DNA from: Octopus sinensis
Lineage: Eukaryota
NCBI RefSeq assembly: GCF_006345805.1
Contig: NW_021832034.1
Span: 1-35,420 of the forward strand
Direction: 5' to 3'
DNA length: 35,420 nucleotides
Below, in pieces: positions 22,571 through 35,309 of the stretch. A program made the translations under genes and the position numbers. Under the pieces are notes generated by a model, which saw only the letters and a program-made list of their open reading frames with translations, made no database searches and was not told the origin of the DNA. Each line of letters opens with the position of its first letter. Positions within the stretch are counted from its first letter, which is position 1.

Positions 22571-23254
22571 TCTTTCGTAACTATTGTTTTGCTAAACAAT
22601 AAGGTTTTCCGGATCCATTACCAAAGAGCTTCAGATATTCATGCATGATTCTTATCATATCAGCTGCATAGATTTGTCTATTTTATTCTCTTCTATTCTA
22701 TTTTTTTCTCTTATCTAACTCAATTATTAATTGAATTATTAAAGTGTGTTCTATATATATGTATTACATTCATGCATGTGTATTATGTTCTGCTTATGTG
22801 CATATGCATGTACGTCTATGCCTGTATACTTGTGTGCATTTTTGTGAGTGGTGGTGGTGGTGGTGGTGGTGGTGGAAGTGTGACTGTATGCACATATAAG
22901 GTACTCTATTTTGCAGGTGCTTTGCTTGATATTACTTCAAAGCCATACAAATTTTGCTAATGCAATTTACATTTTGATATTGGTAGCTGTCATATCAAGC
23001 TTTAAAACATTCATATAAATGATATGTCTATCTGTGTGTGTGTGTATGTGGTTTTATAAATACTGGTATGTATCTGAATATTAGAAAGCCTCACTGTGAG
23101 TATAATAAAAGTGTAAACACATTCTTTCTACGTTATGATGTGAGTGTGTGTGTGTGTGTGGTTTGTGCATGCGCTAATGTATATCTGTATATGTGTGAGG
23201 TGGTTGGAAAATATGTAACTGTAAAACATCTGTTTAAATGATGTGTTTATATGC

Positions 23255-23263
23255 CTTTATATA

Positions 23264-23311
<48 letters not shown>

Positions 23312-23398
23312 TAAGCAATAAGGGTTTAGCAACGAATTGCCTTACCACATACCGAATTTAGAAATAGCAGTCAAAGGGTTATAGCTATTTCTTCTACT

Positions 23399-23443
<45 letters not shown>

Positions 23444-23490
23444 TATATATATATAATATATATATATATATAAATATAATATATATATGT
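23255..23490. repeat. (TA)n tracts flanking an 85-bp unique or repeat-derived segment
   Basis: TA runs on both sides of 23311-23397. Confidence 0.8.
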
Positions 23491-24389
23491 ATATGTACAT
23501 TAATTTGCTCGTGTGTCTATTTTTGTGTAAAAATAAAAATGTGTGTACATGTATATGCATGCCAATATGTATGTAGAGTTGTATAAATATGAATACGTTT
23601 GTATGCCCATGCATACACACACGCAAGCACACACAGACACACACACACACACATAAGGACAGAGATACACTTACACACACAGAATCACGGATATACATAT
23701 ATTAGTGCTTTTGTGTGTAAGAGTGTGTCTGTGCTTATATGTGTGTGTGTGTGTGTGTGTGTATCCATGAATGTTTGTTTTATAGAGATCCATGTATGTG
23801 TATTAAGAGTGAATGAATGCATATAAAGGAATTCTGTGTCTGTGAATGTTTGGCATATGTATGTCCATACATGTGTGTGTGTGTTATATGTATGTGAATG
23901 TGTGTGTATGTGTGTGTGTGTGTGTGTGCCTGCCTGCTTGAGTATCAAAGGAGGTGTATTTCAATGTCATCAATTTAATTTTTATTAACATAAGATTGCG
24001 ACATCTTTTACAACAAAGTGAGTGTATTTTATTTCATTTCTCAATAGTTTTTCATCTTGTAATTTATTTTATCTCATTAATTAATTAATTTTACACATTT
24101 CTTCGTTTTTTTATCTAAAAATTTAATATTGCACAGACACACACACACACCACACACCACACACAAATACATATGCTTGTAAATAAGGTATATTTGGATA
24201 TATATATATATGTAATATATGTGTATTTATATGTGTATGTTTTTGTATGTATGTTTATAGCTATGTATGTCTACTACACAAGCATCTGTAGCTAAAGATG
24301 AATATTTTGCTTTTTATATATTTTCTTTAATTTCTATATTTCATAATGACATACAAAATACAGTAGAGTTTTCTTTGACGTTCTTCATT

Positions 24390-24801
24390 ACACACACACC
24401 CACACACACACACACACACACATACACACACATATATACACACACTCACACACATATACATACATACATACATGCGTACGTACATACATACATACATACA
24501 TACATACATACATGCATACATACATGCATACATACATAAATACATACATACATACATACATACATGCATACATACATACATGCATACATACATACATACA
24601 TACATACATGCATGCATACATACACACACTCACACACATATACATAAATACATACATACGTACGTACATACATACATACATACGTACATACATACACACA
24701 TACATATATACATACATACGTACATCCATACATGCATACATATATACATACATACATACATACATACATACATACATACATACATACGTACATACATACA
24801 C

Positions 24802-24836
<35 letters not shown>

Positions 24837-24895
24837 TACATACATACATACATACATACAGACATACATACATACATACATACATACACACATAC
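24390..24895. repeat. About 500-bp (TACA)n tetranucleotide array
   Basis: Visible; source of the HTYI/MYVC ORFs. Confidence 0.95.
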
Positions 24896-25089
24896 AATAC
24901 AGACTGTGATTTTATTGAGTTACATCTGAAGAGGTGTTTCCTGAAATTCTGTTCGGAGTTTGGAGTCTGCTATTTGATGCTTGTGCAGCTTTCTATGCCG
25001 CCACCAAAACTAATTTGTTGATGTTGTTGTTTTTATTGTTACTTAGTCCAAGTTTGCACTACTTGGTGGGCTTAAGATTCCAATTGCAG

Positions 25090-25365
25090 TACTCTGTTTT
25101 CACTCTTTTACTTGTTTCAGTCATTTGACAACGGCCATGCTAGAGCATCGCCTTTAGTCGAGCAAATCGACCCCAGGACTTATTCTTTGTAAGCCTAGTA
25201 CTTATTCTATCGGTCTCTTTTGCCGAACCACTAAGTTACAGGGATGTAAACACACCGGCATTGGTTGTCAAGCGATGTTGCGGGGGTCAAACAGAAACAC
25301 ACAAACACAAATGTTGGGGGGGGGGACAAACACAGACACACAAACACACACGCACATATATATAC
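25090..25365 (-). mobile_element. Family A SINE, 3' half (head absent)
   Basis: Reverse complement matches 26420-26639 (GACCGATAGAATAAGTACT...GCATGGCCG...TGACTGAAACAAGTAAAAGAG). Confidence 0.85.
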
Positions 25366-25463
25366 ATATACATTGTTGTTGTTGTTGTTTAGTTCCTTTA
25401 CAATGAAATGAGTTGATGAATAAGTGAGATTTCCTATAAGTTTGTTCATGTAGTAACTCTTAC

Positions 25464-25464
<1 letters not shown>

Positions 25465-25516
<52 letters not shown>

Positions 25517-25613
25517 GTATCTATCTATCTATGTATCTATCTATCTATCCATCTATCAGTCACTTAATCAGTTGTATATGCCTGAGGTGTGTGTGTGTGT
25601 GTGTGTAGATAGA

Positions 25614-25645
<32 letters not shown>

Positions 25646-25662
25646 AAGACAGACAGACATAC

Positions 25663-25726
<64 letters not shown>

Positions 25727-25755
25727 GCAGAGAGGGAGAGAGAGAGAGAGAGAGG
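25465..25755. repeat. (CTAT)n ... (GT)n (GATA)n (GA)n compound microsatellite
   Basis: Visible; the CTAT and GATA arms are reverse complements. Confidence 0.9.
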
Positions 25756-25987
25756 TTGATAAGGTGCTAAAATATTTTATACCTTGTATCTATAACAGAA
25801 GTATCTTTTACTTTCCATCAAAAGCATTTGTCCATCGTTTATTATAACAGGACCAAATGCTTCCACTAGCAGAAGTTCATGAGGATTGTAAAAAAGCAGA
25901 CAAATTCTTATGTTTACTTCAATTAAGATTGTTCAAATGTTCAAAACTTTTAAAAATTGTCCAATGCTCTGGTGAAGAAAGCAGAAT

Positions 25988-26182
25988 TACCATATCTACT
26001 CATGTATAAGTTGCATTATTTTATTCTTGATCTTAACTGGAAAAACTGGGGTGCAACTTATACACAGAGCAAAGCTTATATCAACTTTGGATAGGAAGGG
26101 AGAATTTCTGTACCAAGATTTAACACAAAATTAGGGGTGTAACTTATAAATGAGTGCAACTAATGCATGAGGAAATACAGGA
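25988..26182. mobile_element. Degenerate pogo/Tigger-like MITE (about 195 bp)
   Basis: TIRs TACCATATCTACTCATGTATAAGTTGCA vs reverse complement TCCTGTATTTCCTCATGCATTAGTTGCA (21/28); two internal GGGGTG.AACTTATA subrepeats. Confidence 0.65.
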
Positions 26183-26222
26183 GACGCATGGGACAGAAAG
26201 TCACTGGAAAGGTTACAATATA

Positions 26223-26639
26223 GGCGCAGGAGTGGCTGTGTGGTAAGTAGCTTGTTTACCAACCATATGGTCCCGGGTTCAGTCCCACTGCGTAGCACCT
26301 TGGGCAAGTGTCTTCTACTATAGCCTCGGGCCGACCAAAGCCTTGTGAGTGGATTTGGTAGACGGAAACTGAAAGAAGCCCGTCGTATATATGTATATAT
26401 ATATGTATGTATGTGTGTTTGTGTGTCTGTGTTTGTCCACCTAGCATTGCTTGACAACCGATGCTGGTGTGTTTATGTCTCCGTTACTTAGCGGTTCAGC
26501 AAAAGAGACCGATAGAATAAGTACTGGGCTTACAAAAGAATAAGTCCCAGGGTTGAGTTGCTCGATTAAAGGCGATGCTCCAGCATGGCCGCAGTCAGAT
26601 GACTGAAACAAGTAAAAGAGTAAAAGAGTGAAAAGAGTA
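26223..26639 (+). mobile_element. Full-length family A tRNA-headed SINE
   Basis: Head GGCGCAGGAGTGGCTGTGTGG, B-box GGTTCAGTCCC, core GCACCTTGGGCAAGTGTCTT, internal TA/TG microsatellite, (AAAAGAGT)n tail. Confidence 0.92.
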
Positions 26640-26734
26640 ATGTGTAACAAAAGAACCACATGGTTGCAAAGCAAGCTCTTTAACCATACAGCCATTATTG
26701 TACCTATATTAATTTATGGAAAAAAAAAGTAATC

Positions 26735-26993
26735 CTGTTATTGGTGTGTCATTTGCATGGGGCTGAAAGATGGAGGTAGATGAAAGATTCTGTAAAGAGG
26801 ATCCAGGCACTTTATCAATAAATGCTTCTGGAGGATGCTCAAGATCCACTGGACAAAGAAAATCTGCAACATAATCACTTGGCAGCAAACCTGAACCACC
26901 TAGTAATTATGGTGTATGTGGTTGTGTATTCCACACACATACACATTTCAATCCTTAATGGAATCCTCAGGGATAATCATCAAGAGTGGCTTA
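26735..26993 (+). mobile_element. Decayed RTE LINE ORF C-terminal fragment
   Basis: With frameshifts: LHGAERWR*MKDSVKRIQA/FINKCFWRMLKIHWTKKICNIITWQQT...WNPQG, matching the RTE motifs LYGAETWR...IQxFINKCLRRILKIHW...WNPQG. Confidence 0.75.
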
Positions 26994-27184
26994 GTTTTGC
27001 AGACATAGTTCACCTGATAAGTTTCACATTCAATATCTGTTCAGTTTTACTTATATAAGGTTTTACTTATATAAGGTTAATACACACTGGATTAAACACA
27101 TCCTCAAAAGGACCCAGTACTACACTACTCCACAGTCCCTCAGATGAAAGTCATAGGACAACAGAAAAAGAGAGTGCAAATGCA

Positions 27185-27352
27185 CCCACGCTGGCAGCGC
27201 ATAAAAAGCACTCAGCACATCTGTAAAGTGGTTGACATTAGAAGGGCATACAGCCAGAGAAACCATGCCAAAACAGACAATCTCCAACTGGCCACCTCCT
27301 GTCAAACCGTCCAACCCATACCAGCATGGAAAACAGATGTCAAGTGATGATT
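27185..27352 (+). mobile_element. Family D-related element, diverged
   Basis: GTGGTTGACATTAGAAGGGCATACAGCC...CAAACCGTCCAACCCATACCAGCATGGAAA. Confidence 0.75.
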
Positions 27353-27624
27353 ATAATAATGAATAGTCATTGACCAAATTTTTTCCACCACATAATTATT
27401 TTAATTCAGTTTCTTTAATGAGCACTACATTGAAAATGTTAACACTGTATCCATCATATTTCACACACCTGGCTCACCTGACTAATTACCTTATGTTTAA
27501 AACACACTTCTAAGGATACTTGAATATCAAACTTTGTTCATGCCTATGTGTGGATGTATGTATCTATGTGTGTGTATATGTATGTGTGTATATATATGTA
27601 CATGAGTTGTTGCAGTTCAGCCCC

Positions 27625-27800
27625 CAGGTCAATCTTGATTAAGCAAACTTATGAAGAAAGGCATTCAACCATTATCACTGTGGCCCCTTTCCAGGTATAA
27701 CACTTCTATCACTGAATAATCCAATGTCTACTTCCAAATTTTCTTAAAATAGCAGAGGATAATTTGAGGAAAATTTGGCTGCTGTTTTTAGCAGACCAAA
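27625..27800 (+). mobile_element. Unclassified repeat family E, second copy
   Basis: Loose alignment with 16355-16850. Confidence 0.4.
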
Positions 27801-28644
27801 TGATTAAATTGGCTTATGTTTTTCCCTTTGTGTGTGTATGTGTGTGAGTGTACGTGTGATTGTAATAATAGGCTTGAAAAATAAATAATAAACAGATTTT
27901 AATCAAAGTAACATTTTTCTTTGTTCTTTCTTTTTTTCTAAATTCATTTTTTAAACTTTGTGGTGGTGGTGGTGGTGGTGGGTGTATGTTAATTTTCTTC
28001 AAGAATAAAAACACCCAGCAGAGCCAACATCTTTATTAATGTCTCCACCCTCCCTACTCTTCCTTTTATGCTTTCACTCTCCTCTCTCCTCACTCCCTCT
28101 CGCTCCCTCTCTCCCTTTTGCTTTACCATACTTTTCTCCATTTTCTCACACTATTCACTTCTTCCAAATTTTCTCTCATTAATTTCTCTTTAATTCTCAC
28201 TCAGTCTTATATCCTTATATGTTCATGCAATTTGTTTCTACCTTCTTCTCTGTCTTCTCCTCCATCCTATAACAAGATCTCTCTCCAGCTTTCTCTGACA
28301 TGCATCTATATATATATATACATACATATATACATACATATATATATATTTATATATTTATATATATATGTATATATATATACATATATATATAAATATA
28401 TATATACATATGTATGTATATACACATATATATCTATATATATATATATACATATATATAATACATATATACATATATATACACACACACATGTATGTAC
28501 AAATGTATAAACACATACATGTATTCTATGCATATCTATAATACAATTGTCCTATATAACAGTCAGGCCTTCAAAGATAAAAAAAATTTGAGACTAATGC
28601 CTTACTTATAAGGCAATTTGAATGTGCGTGTGTGCATGTGTGTT

Positions 28645-28720
<76 letters not shown>

Positions 28721-28882
28721 TAAATGGTGATAATATGATAATAAAATATGCATATTAACCACAAGCTTCAGAAATCTAACTTTGTGCACGCCATCGTAAA
28801 CAGTAAAAAGTCATACATATGTGTACGTATGTCTAAAGAACTTGAAGAATACACACATTTTTCTTACTCTTACTGTCCTCAT

Positions 28883-28921
<39 letters not shown>

Positions 28922-29634
28922 ATATACATATGAATATATATGTATATACATAAATACCTACATACATACATGTATATATAAAAATACATATACATGTGTG
29001 GCAATATATAAAAAAATGATTCTATGAAACCCACGAACAAAGGAAATGATACCAAAAATATATGATTAAAAAATAACAATAACAAAAACTCTCCCTCTCT
29101 GTACATAAATACATATGTATGTATGAGTATATATATATAGAGAGAGAAAGAGAGAGAGAAAGAGGGGGGAGAAAGAAAGAGAGAAAAGAGAGGGAGAGAG
29201 AGATGGATAGATAAATAGATAAATAGCCAGCTGGCTTGCTTGCTAGATAGATACATAGCTAGAGATATATAACCCAAATACCCAAATACCCAAGTATATT
29301 CAAATTATTATTCATCAAAAGCTAAAAGGAGGAGAAAAAAGATAACGTAAAATAAGATTAAAAAAATGGAATTGATGAAAAGTATGTAATTGATGGCCGT
29401 GTAAACCAACTCTAACAAAAAAAAATTTTTTTTTAAATAAAAATAAAATAAAAAACACAGAAAAAAATGTTATATGAAACAGGTAGGAGATAATCAAAGG
29501 ATATCATGCAATAAATGGTAAATTGCAAACATTACATGGATAACAATCAGCAAATGACCTGAACTGAGGTGAAATGATATGGAATGGAATGGTAAATGAA
29601 AGAAGCAAATGAACACATTTAAAGCTCTTCAGAA

Positions 29635-29636
<2 letters not shown>

Positions 29637-29667
<31 letters not shown>

Positions 29668-29835
29668 TGTATGTATGTATGTATGTATGTATGTATGTAT
29701 GTATGTATGTATATATATATATGTATATATGTGTGTATGTATGTATGTATGAATGTACTTACATATATAGTAGATGTACATATATATATATATATATATA
29801 TAGATATATATATATATACATATATGTATATGTAT
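29637..29835. repeat. (TATG)n then (TA)n microsatellite
   Basis: Visible. Confidence 0.9.
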
Positions 29836-30329
29836 GTTTTTCAAAATTCAATTTGGGTTTAATTTTTCTTTTAATTGAATGTTGTTGTAGTTGCTGTTTT
29901 GATTGCATTGTTATTGTTGGTGATGGCTGTGTTGTTGTTGTTGTTGTTGATGATGGTGGTGGTGGTGGTGGGTGGGGGCTGGTGCTGGTGCTGGGGGTAG
30001 TGGTGTTTTGTGTGTGTGTGAGTCTTTTTTTTTCTTGTTTTCTTTCTTTTGGAAATTTAATTGAAATATTTCAAACAGACAGATAAATAACATGATACAT
30101 TGAAAACATTAATGGAATATGTGATGTGTGTGTGCGCGTGTTTGTGTGTGTGTATCTATAGATGTATATATATATCTGAGCGTATGTTTGTATGTATTTG
30201 CATGCACACGTATCTGCATATAAATAAATATATTTGTATATCTGGAAATATACAATAAGTGTGTATATATATATATATAGCTCACGCTCTATCTCTCTTT
30301 CTCCCTGTATGCATACACACACATATTCT

Positions 30330-30371
<42 letters not shown>

Positions 30372-30568
30372 TATATGTATGTGTATATATATATATATTA
30401 TATATATTATATGTATATTATATATATATATTAACTATATATATATACATGCATATATATTTATACTGTATATATATACACATATATAAGTATAAATGTA
30501 TGTAGGTATGTATGTATGCCTATATGGTGCTTGTATAGTTCTCTCTGTAAATAGGAAAGAGAAAGAGT

Positions 30569-30604
<36 letters not shown>

Positions 30605-31073
30605 AACAGACAGACAGACAGACAGAGACGGCATTAGCAATATAAATTTTAATTTTGCTGAATTGTATATCAGATACAAGAGAAAGGTGATAATGTTTGA
30701 ACATATTGTGTGTTCATATGTGTTTTTTTTCATCTGAAAACACAACAGTGTTCAATCTTTTGACCTGTACTGAATTACAACTTTTATACAAAATATCAAA
30801 TGAATTTATGCCCAGCACAAGTGCAAGCTGTATTTGAGAATTGACGATGATGATGATGATGATGGTAACAGTGATGATGATGATGTTGATGATGTTGAAT
30901 TGTTATACAAACAGGAAACCACTGGTGGGTCAAAGAGTATTGATTAGTGTGATTGTAATATTATACTTATACTTATTTGTATATATATAGCTGTAGTTTG
31001 TGTATACACATATGTGTGCGTTTGTGCTATGTATATAAATATATGAATGTGTGTGTGTATGTCTTTTATATAT

Positions 31074-31105
<32 letters not shown>

Positions 31106-31139
31106 ATATATATATGTACGTATTTATCTTATATATATT

Positions 31140-31170
<31 letters not shown>

Positions 31171-31330
31171 ATCTTATATATAATATTTTATACATTTGTG
31201 TATGTATGTTTCTGTGTGTTTGTCTATATCTGAGTCTGTTTTAAAAATATATGTATTTACATATAAATGTGTGTGTGTGTGTGCATGTGTGTGTATGTTA
31301 TATATATATAATATATATATATATATATAG

Positions 31331-31361
<31 letters not shown>

Positions 31362-31902
31362 TACACACACACACTCATATATACATATAAGTGCAAAATG
31401 AATAGGAATTTAAGCAAAGTCAATGCATCAATGCTATGTTTACACAAAACTATTGGACATTTGAATAAATTATTCAAATAAGAAATAAACTAAATAAACA
31501 AAAACAATTATTTCTTTACTGTTATTGTTATTATTATTGTCAGTTAAACTATAAAACATCTTTTACCCTTACTCTGTACTTTTTAAATTTTTTTAATTTT
31601 TTCTGTCAAATTTATTCTTTCACATTTTCGAAAGTGAAAAAAAAAATTCACCAGATATTTTATAAATGGTAGAATAAACCTAAATGAAAATTATGTTTTC
31701 ATTTCACTTGGGATTTTTCGGTTAAAGCTTTGTTTTTATTAATTCAATAGTTCTTGAGTTTTATACTTCATTTGTAGCCATCAGGTTTCAAACCACATTG
31801 GAGCACTGTCTTGTTAAATGATGTTTGTGTTTACAACACTTTTTTTTTCTATGTGTTTGGTTATTTTTCTTCTGTCCTTTTATAATTTGATTAATAATGT
31901 AA

Positions 31903-32045
31903 GGTGTGCAGACATGGCCATGTAGTTAAGACTTATGGTTAGCAACTGTTTAGTTCTGAGAACGAACCTATTTCGTTGAATCATAGCTTTGATTTGGCTA
32001 AAGATTTGTGAGTGAAATTCTGTTGTTAGAAAATGCAGAAGCCTG
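31903..32045 (+). mobile_element. Highly degraded family A SINE
   Basis: GTGCAGACATGGCCATGTAGTTAAG...TTTGTGAGTGAAATT...AAATGCAGAAGCC followed by microsatellite. Confidence 0.4.
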
Positions 32046-32110
32046 CTAGATTTATATATGTTTGTCTGTATGTGTGTATGTTTGTATGTATGCATCTGTC
32101 TGTCTGTCTA

Positions 32111-32155
<45 letters not shown>

Positions 32156-32314
32156 ACGTGTGTATATGTGTGTGTGTGTTGTATTTTATTGAAGTTGGAA
32201 AGACTTAACCGTTTGTGAAATATTTTCACTTTTAATAATAAACCATTTTATTTAAGCTTTAGGACTTGAGCACTATTTTTCACACTTTGTTTTGAACTTA
32301 TGTACTCACACATA

Positions 32315-32640
32315 ATAGGAGCACTCCGTCGGTTACGACGACGAGGGTCCCAGCTGATACTATCAACGGAACAGCTTGCTCGTGGAATTAACGTGCAAGT
32401 GACTGAGCACTCTACATACACTCGTACCACTAATGTAGTTCTCAGGGAGATTCAGCTTGACACAGTGTGACAAGGCTGACCCTTTGAAATACAGGTACAA
32501 TGCATTTTTGCCAGCTGAGTAGACTGGAGCAACGTGAAATAAAGTGTCTTGCTCAAGGACACAATGCATCGCCGGGAATCGAACTCATGACCTTACAATC
32601 GTCAGCTGAATGCCCTAACCACTAAGCCATGCGCCTTCAC
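32315..32640 (-). mobile_element. tRNA-headed SINE, family B3 (B1 head and core, different tail)
   Basis: Head GTGAAGGCGCATGGCTTAGTGGTTAGGG, B-box GAGTTCGATTCC, core TTGTGTCCTTGAGCAAGACACTT; 12-bp TSD TACTCACACATA at 32303-32314 and 32641-32652. Confidence 0.92.
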
Positions 32641-32721
32641 TACTCACACATATTGTCCATATATATGCAGTAATACTTCATTTTATGAGGACCCACAGTA
32701 CAAGACTCAGGTTTTACGAAT

Positions 32722-33064
32722 TCATCATCGTCATCATTTAACATCCGCTTTCCATGCTAGCATGGGTTGGATGATTTGACTGAGGACTGGCGAACCGGAT
32801 GGCTGCACCAGGCTCCAATCTGATCTGGCAGAGTTTCTACAGCTGGATGCCCTTCCTAATGCCAACCACTCTGAGAGTGTAGTGGCTGCTTTTATGTGCC
32901 ACTGGCTCGAGGGCCAGTCTGGAGGTACTGGCTACGGCCACAGTCGAAATGGTGTTTTTTATGTGCCACCTGCACAGGAGTCAGTCCAGCAGCACTGGCA
33001 ACGACCTCACTCGAATGTTTTGTTCACATGCCGCCGGCACAAGTGCCAGTAAGACGACACTGGT
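32722..33064 (-). mobile_element. Family D (RTE 3' end) with three 5' subrepeats of about 65 bp
   Basis: (ATC)n tail, CCATGCTAGCATGGGTTGG, TTTCTACAGCTGGATGCCCTTCCTAATGCCAACCAC; ATGTGCC anchors at 32894 and 32961, variant near 33026. Confidence 0.88.
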
Positions 33065-33310
33065 TATATTTTATAATAAATATAAAAAAGGTTAAAGGTC
33101 ATTTTGTGTGTGTCAATGTCACATGTGGCAACATTGGTTCTGATGCATCTACACAGCTGGATATAGCAACAGAGTAAAATGATGGCATGAAATTTCATTG
33201 CTACTTTGGGAAATTATTGCTCTGTTTTACAAGTTTTCACTCTAAGAGCAGTCTCCAGGAACAAATTAACTCGTATATCGAGGCACTACTGTACATATAT
33301 GTACTCATTC

Positions 33311-33620
33311 GGACACAGGCATGGCTGTGGGGGTCAGAAGTTTGCTTTCCAAGTACACGATTTCAAGTTCAGTCCCACTGCATGGTACCTTGGTGGGAGA
33401 TTGTCTTCTACTATAGCCCTGGGCCAACCAAAGCCTAATGAGTGGATTTGGTTGCTAGAAACTGAAAGAAGCCCTTTGTACATATATATATATATGCATG
33501 GGTATCTTTGTACTCATGTCTGTCTCCACATTTTTTGACAACCAGTTTTGGTTTGTTTACATCCCTTAACTAAAAGGTTCAGCAAAACATACTGACAGAG
33601 AAAGTGCCAGACCTTAAAAC
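33311..33620 (+). mobile_element. Degraded near-full-length family A SINE
   Basis: GTTCAGTCCCACTGCATGGTACCTTGG...TGTCTTCTACTATAGCC...GAAACTGAAAGAAGCCC...GGTTCAGCAAAA. Confidence 0.8.
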
Positions 33621-33670
33621 CCTATCAAAGCCAGAAGGTTCAACTAAAACCCTCCAACCCAATTACATAC

Positions 33671-33736
33671 ACTGGTACTTTAGTTATTAAACTCTGTAAG
33701 ATGCATGGCAAAGTTGGCTTTGCCAGGATTTGAACT

Positions 33737-33740
<4 letters not shown>
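33671..33740 (-). mobile_element. Family C SINE fragment
   Basis: ACTGGTACTT...GGCAAAGTTGGC...GGATTTGAACTCAG. Confidence 0.55.
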
Positions 33741-33776
<36 letters not shown>

Positions 33777-34013
33777 CTGTGTGTGTGCATAAATGTGAGT
33801 ATGGGTCTGTTGTGAATGTAACACCACCAACATAATTGTGAAATATAGCCTAAACATGGAACCAGCATATATCCAAAGACAGCTTAGAACTAAAGCTAGC
33901 TTATATAAATCAATTCCAAGATAGTTAACCATGTAGAAAAGGTTCATCTTTTATTCCTGATATATACATACATGCATAGATACACACATATATACATGCA
34001 TACGTATATATAT

Positions 34014-34045
<32 letters not shown>

Positions 34046-34354
34046 AAGTTGGCATTCTTGGTTTTAGATGTAATTTTTGAAGCGTGGAAACTTGACTTTT
34101 GCAATGTAAGCTGTGGTACATTGATTGGTATTTATGAATGATACTTTCTGTTTTAATGTGTGTGTATGTGTGTGTGTTTATGTGTTTGTGTGTGTGTGTC
34201 TGTGTGTGTCTGTGTGTGTCTGTGTGTGTTTGTGTGTGTATGTATGTGTGTGTGTATATACTGAAGTAGGTTCAGAAGTTGATAGAGGGATATTTTCCTA
34301 GGTAGACAAATAAGTAGCTACAAAGATACTAACTATATATATATGTATAAGTAT

Positions 34355-34411
<57 letters not shown>

Positions 34412-34524
34412 TATACATATATACTATACCTATATACATATAGAGACATATATACTTATACATATATATATATATAGACATATATACTTATATATATATA
34501 TGTATGTCTATATATATATATATG

Positions 34525-34712
34525 CAGGGTGCAATGTGTAAATTGTCACCATTACAGGTTTTTAATTTCATGCATGTGCATTGTTTGTTTTTGATTTTGT
34601 CAACTACACAGTATAGTAGGATCAGTTGGGCACTGTCTGTGAGAAAACCAGTACCATGATGCAATTTATTTTGCTCAAAATTTGGAAACAATATGCTGTA
34701 CCACTTGCATAA
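34525..34712 (+). mobile_element. 5' fragment of the same maT mariner family
   Basis: TIR CAGGGTGCAATGTGTAAATTGTCACC, UTR and start MMQFILLKIWKQYAV (ATG 34656) align with the reverse complement of 14060-14239. Confidence 0.85.
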
Positions 34713-34769
34713 TTATGTAGACATTTGATATTCCTTGTGTTTTCGCTACATAATTAAGCATTCCTTAGC

Positions 34770-34840
34770 AATCCTATTGATGAGCTACAGATACAAATTT
34801 ACTTAATAGGTCATTAATAGCGAAACTCGAGTATAGGATT
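34770..34840 (+). ncRNA. Type I hammerhead ribozyme (C3U core variant), Penelope/retrozyme-like
   Basis: Stem I AATCCTA (34770-76) pairs with TAGGATT (34834-40); core TTGATGA; stem II GCTA/TAGC with 30-nt loop; GAAA; palindromic stem III ACTCGAGT; GUA triplet, predicted cut after 34833. Confidence 0.75.
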
Positions 34841-35309
34841 ATCTAATTTCTTATTCACTCTAGTGCCTATTAGCAGCATGCCTTAACAATTCTTTTTTTC
34901 ATGGTTTGGGTTTAACTGCCCTTTTTAGCATGTAAGAAAGACTGTCAAGGGTCTTCTCTCTGTGTATAAATCTTTATACACTCTTATATATAAATATATA
35001 TATATCCTTAAATCCTTAAAAATGGTATGCATATATATGTATGCATATATACATATATATATATACATATGCATATATACATATATACACACATATAATT
35101 ATATATATATACATACATATATATGTACTATGTATATATTATACATGTATATATATGCATGCATGCATACATACAGACACACAGACACATATATGCAGAG
35201 AGGAAGAAAGAAGGATGGATATAGATTATAAGAGATCTAGTGAGTGCACAAAAGATATATAGATAGTAAATTGCTCTCGTTTAGTGTTAATAATAAATAT
35301 TTCATCAAT

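Noticed and set aside
24921-24955. CTGAAGA-GG..CC-T-GAAA hammerhead-like string
   Set aside because: Extra base before GAAA, no valid stem III and stem I out of register.
29470-29610. Minus-strand pyrimidine tract with AG and a possible 28-nt exon
   Set aside because: Short, weak donor and no partner exons; indistinguishable from chance.
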